Below, one piece after another: positions 61,936-64,000 of a stretch of DNA of 64,000 bases (position 1 is its first letter; each line of letters opens with the position of its first letter). A model generated the notes under the pieces. The model had not been told where the DNA came from, made no database searches, and worked only from the letters and a program-made list of their open reading frames with translations. This DNA is from Marsupella aquatica (Eukaryota > Plantae > Marchantiophyta): NCBI GenBank assembly GCA_973895155.1, contig OZ316898.1:21543305-21607304 (forward strand), in the 5' to 3' direction. The position numbers and the translations under genes are program-made.

Positions 61936-62783
61936 GATAGCAGTAGCGGTATCTTCTCCAGGATCAAATTCCTCCTGCTGGACTCGTTTACGAATCATCC
62001 CAGCTTTGCCATCAAAACTTGAGAATCAAAACTACAAGTTCTGAGAAGAAAAAGTATGAGAAGATCTTCCATCCAAACCCCAAAGCAACCCACCGTCATA
62101 CCCGCACATTGCCCTCTGAAAAACTATGGCGCGAGTGCTCTTGTTTATCGCCCTCCAAGAAAGAACCCTTTGCAACTGAAGTGTCGTGCATACAAAACGA
62201 AGAATTGACGACAAGTGGCAACAAGCAAGTAACGAGCAAGTGGCAACAAAATTGATGTAGATTGTGACGGGAAATAAAAGGAGCTCAGGCAGCAGGAGAC
62301 GTCATGCAAGAAATGAGCAGGACTTGAACCAGGATGGACAGTATCCCGGGCTGAAAAAGAGATTCTGTCCCGCTTCCTTGGGCGCTCAGAGGTGAGAAGT
62401 ATAGTTGCCCAGCAATGTAAGGTCGAAACGCAGAAGAACATCCAGTATACGTATATAGGTAGGGCCCTTACTAGGAATTGTGTGCCCAAAGGACTTGACG
62501 AGAGGCCGTGTAAAAGTGGTAACGCGAACCTAACAGGGATGACCGGATTCGTGAGCATGTAGCTACGCAAAGCTCGATACCAAGTCCCCGAGAAGCAACT
62601 ATAGCAATTGAGCAATCCGAAGCCAGTACGACAAGTAATTCTTAGCAGATTGTGAATTCTACAAGGATTGTGAGCTTGCGAGGATAGGCACCGGGATGTC
62701 CTTAGATCATGTAGAGATGTTGGTGGCCATCAAACCTCCGTGTCTGGCGCAGAGGTTGTCGTCGTCCAGGGGACGCTGGCGCG

Positions 62784-64000
62784 ATGTATGTGAAGGAGAT
62801 AACCTTGGACGGATTCAAGTCGTACGCTCAAAGGACTGTGGTTTCCGGCTTTGATCAGCAATTCAACGCAATAACAGGGCTGAATGGATCAGGGAAGTCG
62901 AACATCTTGGACTCTATTTGCTTCGTGCTGGGAATTACGAATTTGCAGCAAGTTAGGGCAAGCAACTTGCAAGAGCTGGTTTACAAGCAAGGGCAGGCGG
63001 GAATTACAAAAGCAACAGTTTCAATTCTGTTTGACAATTCGAACCGTAAGCGAAGTCCTATCGGCTATGAAGACTCGAGTGAGATTACTGTCACTCGCCA
63101 GGTAAGTTTACCCCTCACGAATTTATCTGAACTTCATTTCATTCAATTTCCGATATTAAGTTGGCCCTCTTGCCGAGACACCCGTCTCTGTTGGCCTGGA
63201 AACAGTCAGTCTTTTCTTCCGATGCTCCCCACACCTCGTGAATAAATATTTTGATGATCAATAGCCAAGAGAGATACCGGATCCAATGAGTGGCAGACAG
63301 AACATGAGAACATTTCGATTCGCACAGTATTCCATGGTCAGGCATTGTCTGATTATATGGTCTTTTGTCATACTGTAGATTATCGTTGGTGGACGGAACA
63401 AGTACTGGATAAATGGCCACGTAAGGCAGCCCACCCAGGTCCAAAATCTCTTCCACTCCGTACAGCTGAATATCAACAATCCTCACTTTCTCATCATGCA
63501 AGGTCGTATCACGAAAGTACTCAACATGAAGCCGCCTGAGATTCTGTCAATGCTAGAAGAGGCAGCTGGAACTAAGACGTACGAGTCGAAAAAAGAGAAC
63601 GCTCTCAAGACTCTGGAAAAAAAGCAGGCGAAATTAAGTGGATGAAATTGACAACCTTTTGAGTCAAAACATCCTTCCAGCTCTCGAGAAGCTATGGAAA
63701 GAACGAGCGCAGTACCAGCAGTGGACTTCCGGCAATGCAGTGGTGGATCGTCTCGACAGATTCTGCATTGCTTTCGATTTTTCGGAGGCTGGAGGTTGAA
63801 GGAAGCTTCTTCGGGTGAGGAGGCCAAAATGCAAGACAAGGTTGAGGCTATTAAATTATCTGCCGTCGGTAAGATTAGAGGAAGAAATAGCCCAGAACGA
63901 GGCTTCTGTTGCTGCATTGACTGAGGCCAAAGAGAAGCAGATGAATAGTGACATGAGAAGTTTGTCTGATGCGGTGGATAAGCTCTTGTGAAGGTCGACT
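62784..64000 (+). pseudogene. SMC2: Structural maintenance of chromosomes 2 (condensin) 5' part, frameshifted
   Basis: Exon 1 62784-63101 ([17 protein letters not shown] Walker A); GT-AG intron 63102-63378; exon 2 [32 protein letters not shown]. Frame broken by a TTAA insertion at 63634-63637 and again near 63790, 63874 and 63985. Confidence 0.9.

Noticed and set aside
62784-63245. ORF-track 153-aa SMC protein as a complete gene
   Set aside because: The last 47 aa are read-through into the intron at 63102; the spliced frame is broken further downstream.

Overview
Eukaryotic, repeat-dense window from a land plant, probably a bryophyte (inferred from TTTAGGG telomere-type repeats, a PLS-class PPR relic, a Crinkler-like REase-kinase gene and a bryophyte-type retrotransposon accessory ORF). 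It is largely a stack of nested insertions whose order can be read from target-site duplications: a decayed LINE; a ~4.4 kb segmental duplication of the Crinkler-like locus; two large TSD-flanked solo LTRs plus a third TSD-flanked TG...CA insertion; a MITE; a CACTA 5' end carrying an EDM2-like PHD exon split by two LTR insertions; and an Athila-like element whose ~6.2 kb 5' LTR appears to contain an intact 800-aa ORF. The most striking unexplained structure is a modular repeat family, here called the T-element. In three copies it ends in the same order: 121-bp satellite, stem-loop, GGGATGACAC, short telomeric repeats. It forms a head-to-tail chain at 47-51.5 kb, separated by TTTAGGG tracts, starting exactly where the Athila-like element is broken off. 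The right end of the window holds gene relics: BTB/POZ, PLS-PPR and a frameshifted SMC2. All calls come from manual reading; no database searches were run.
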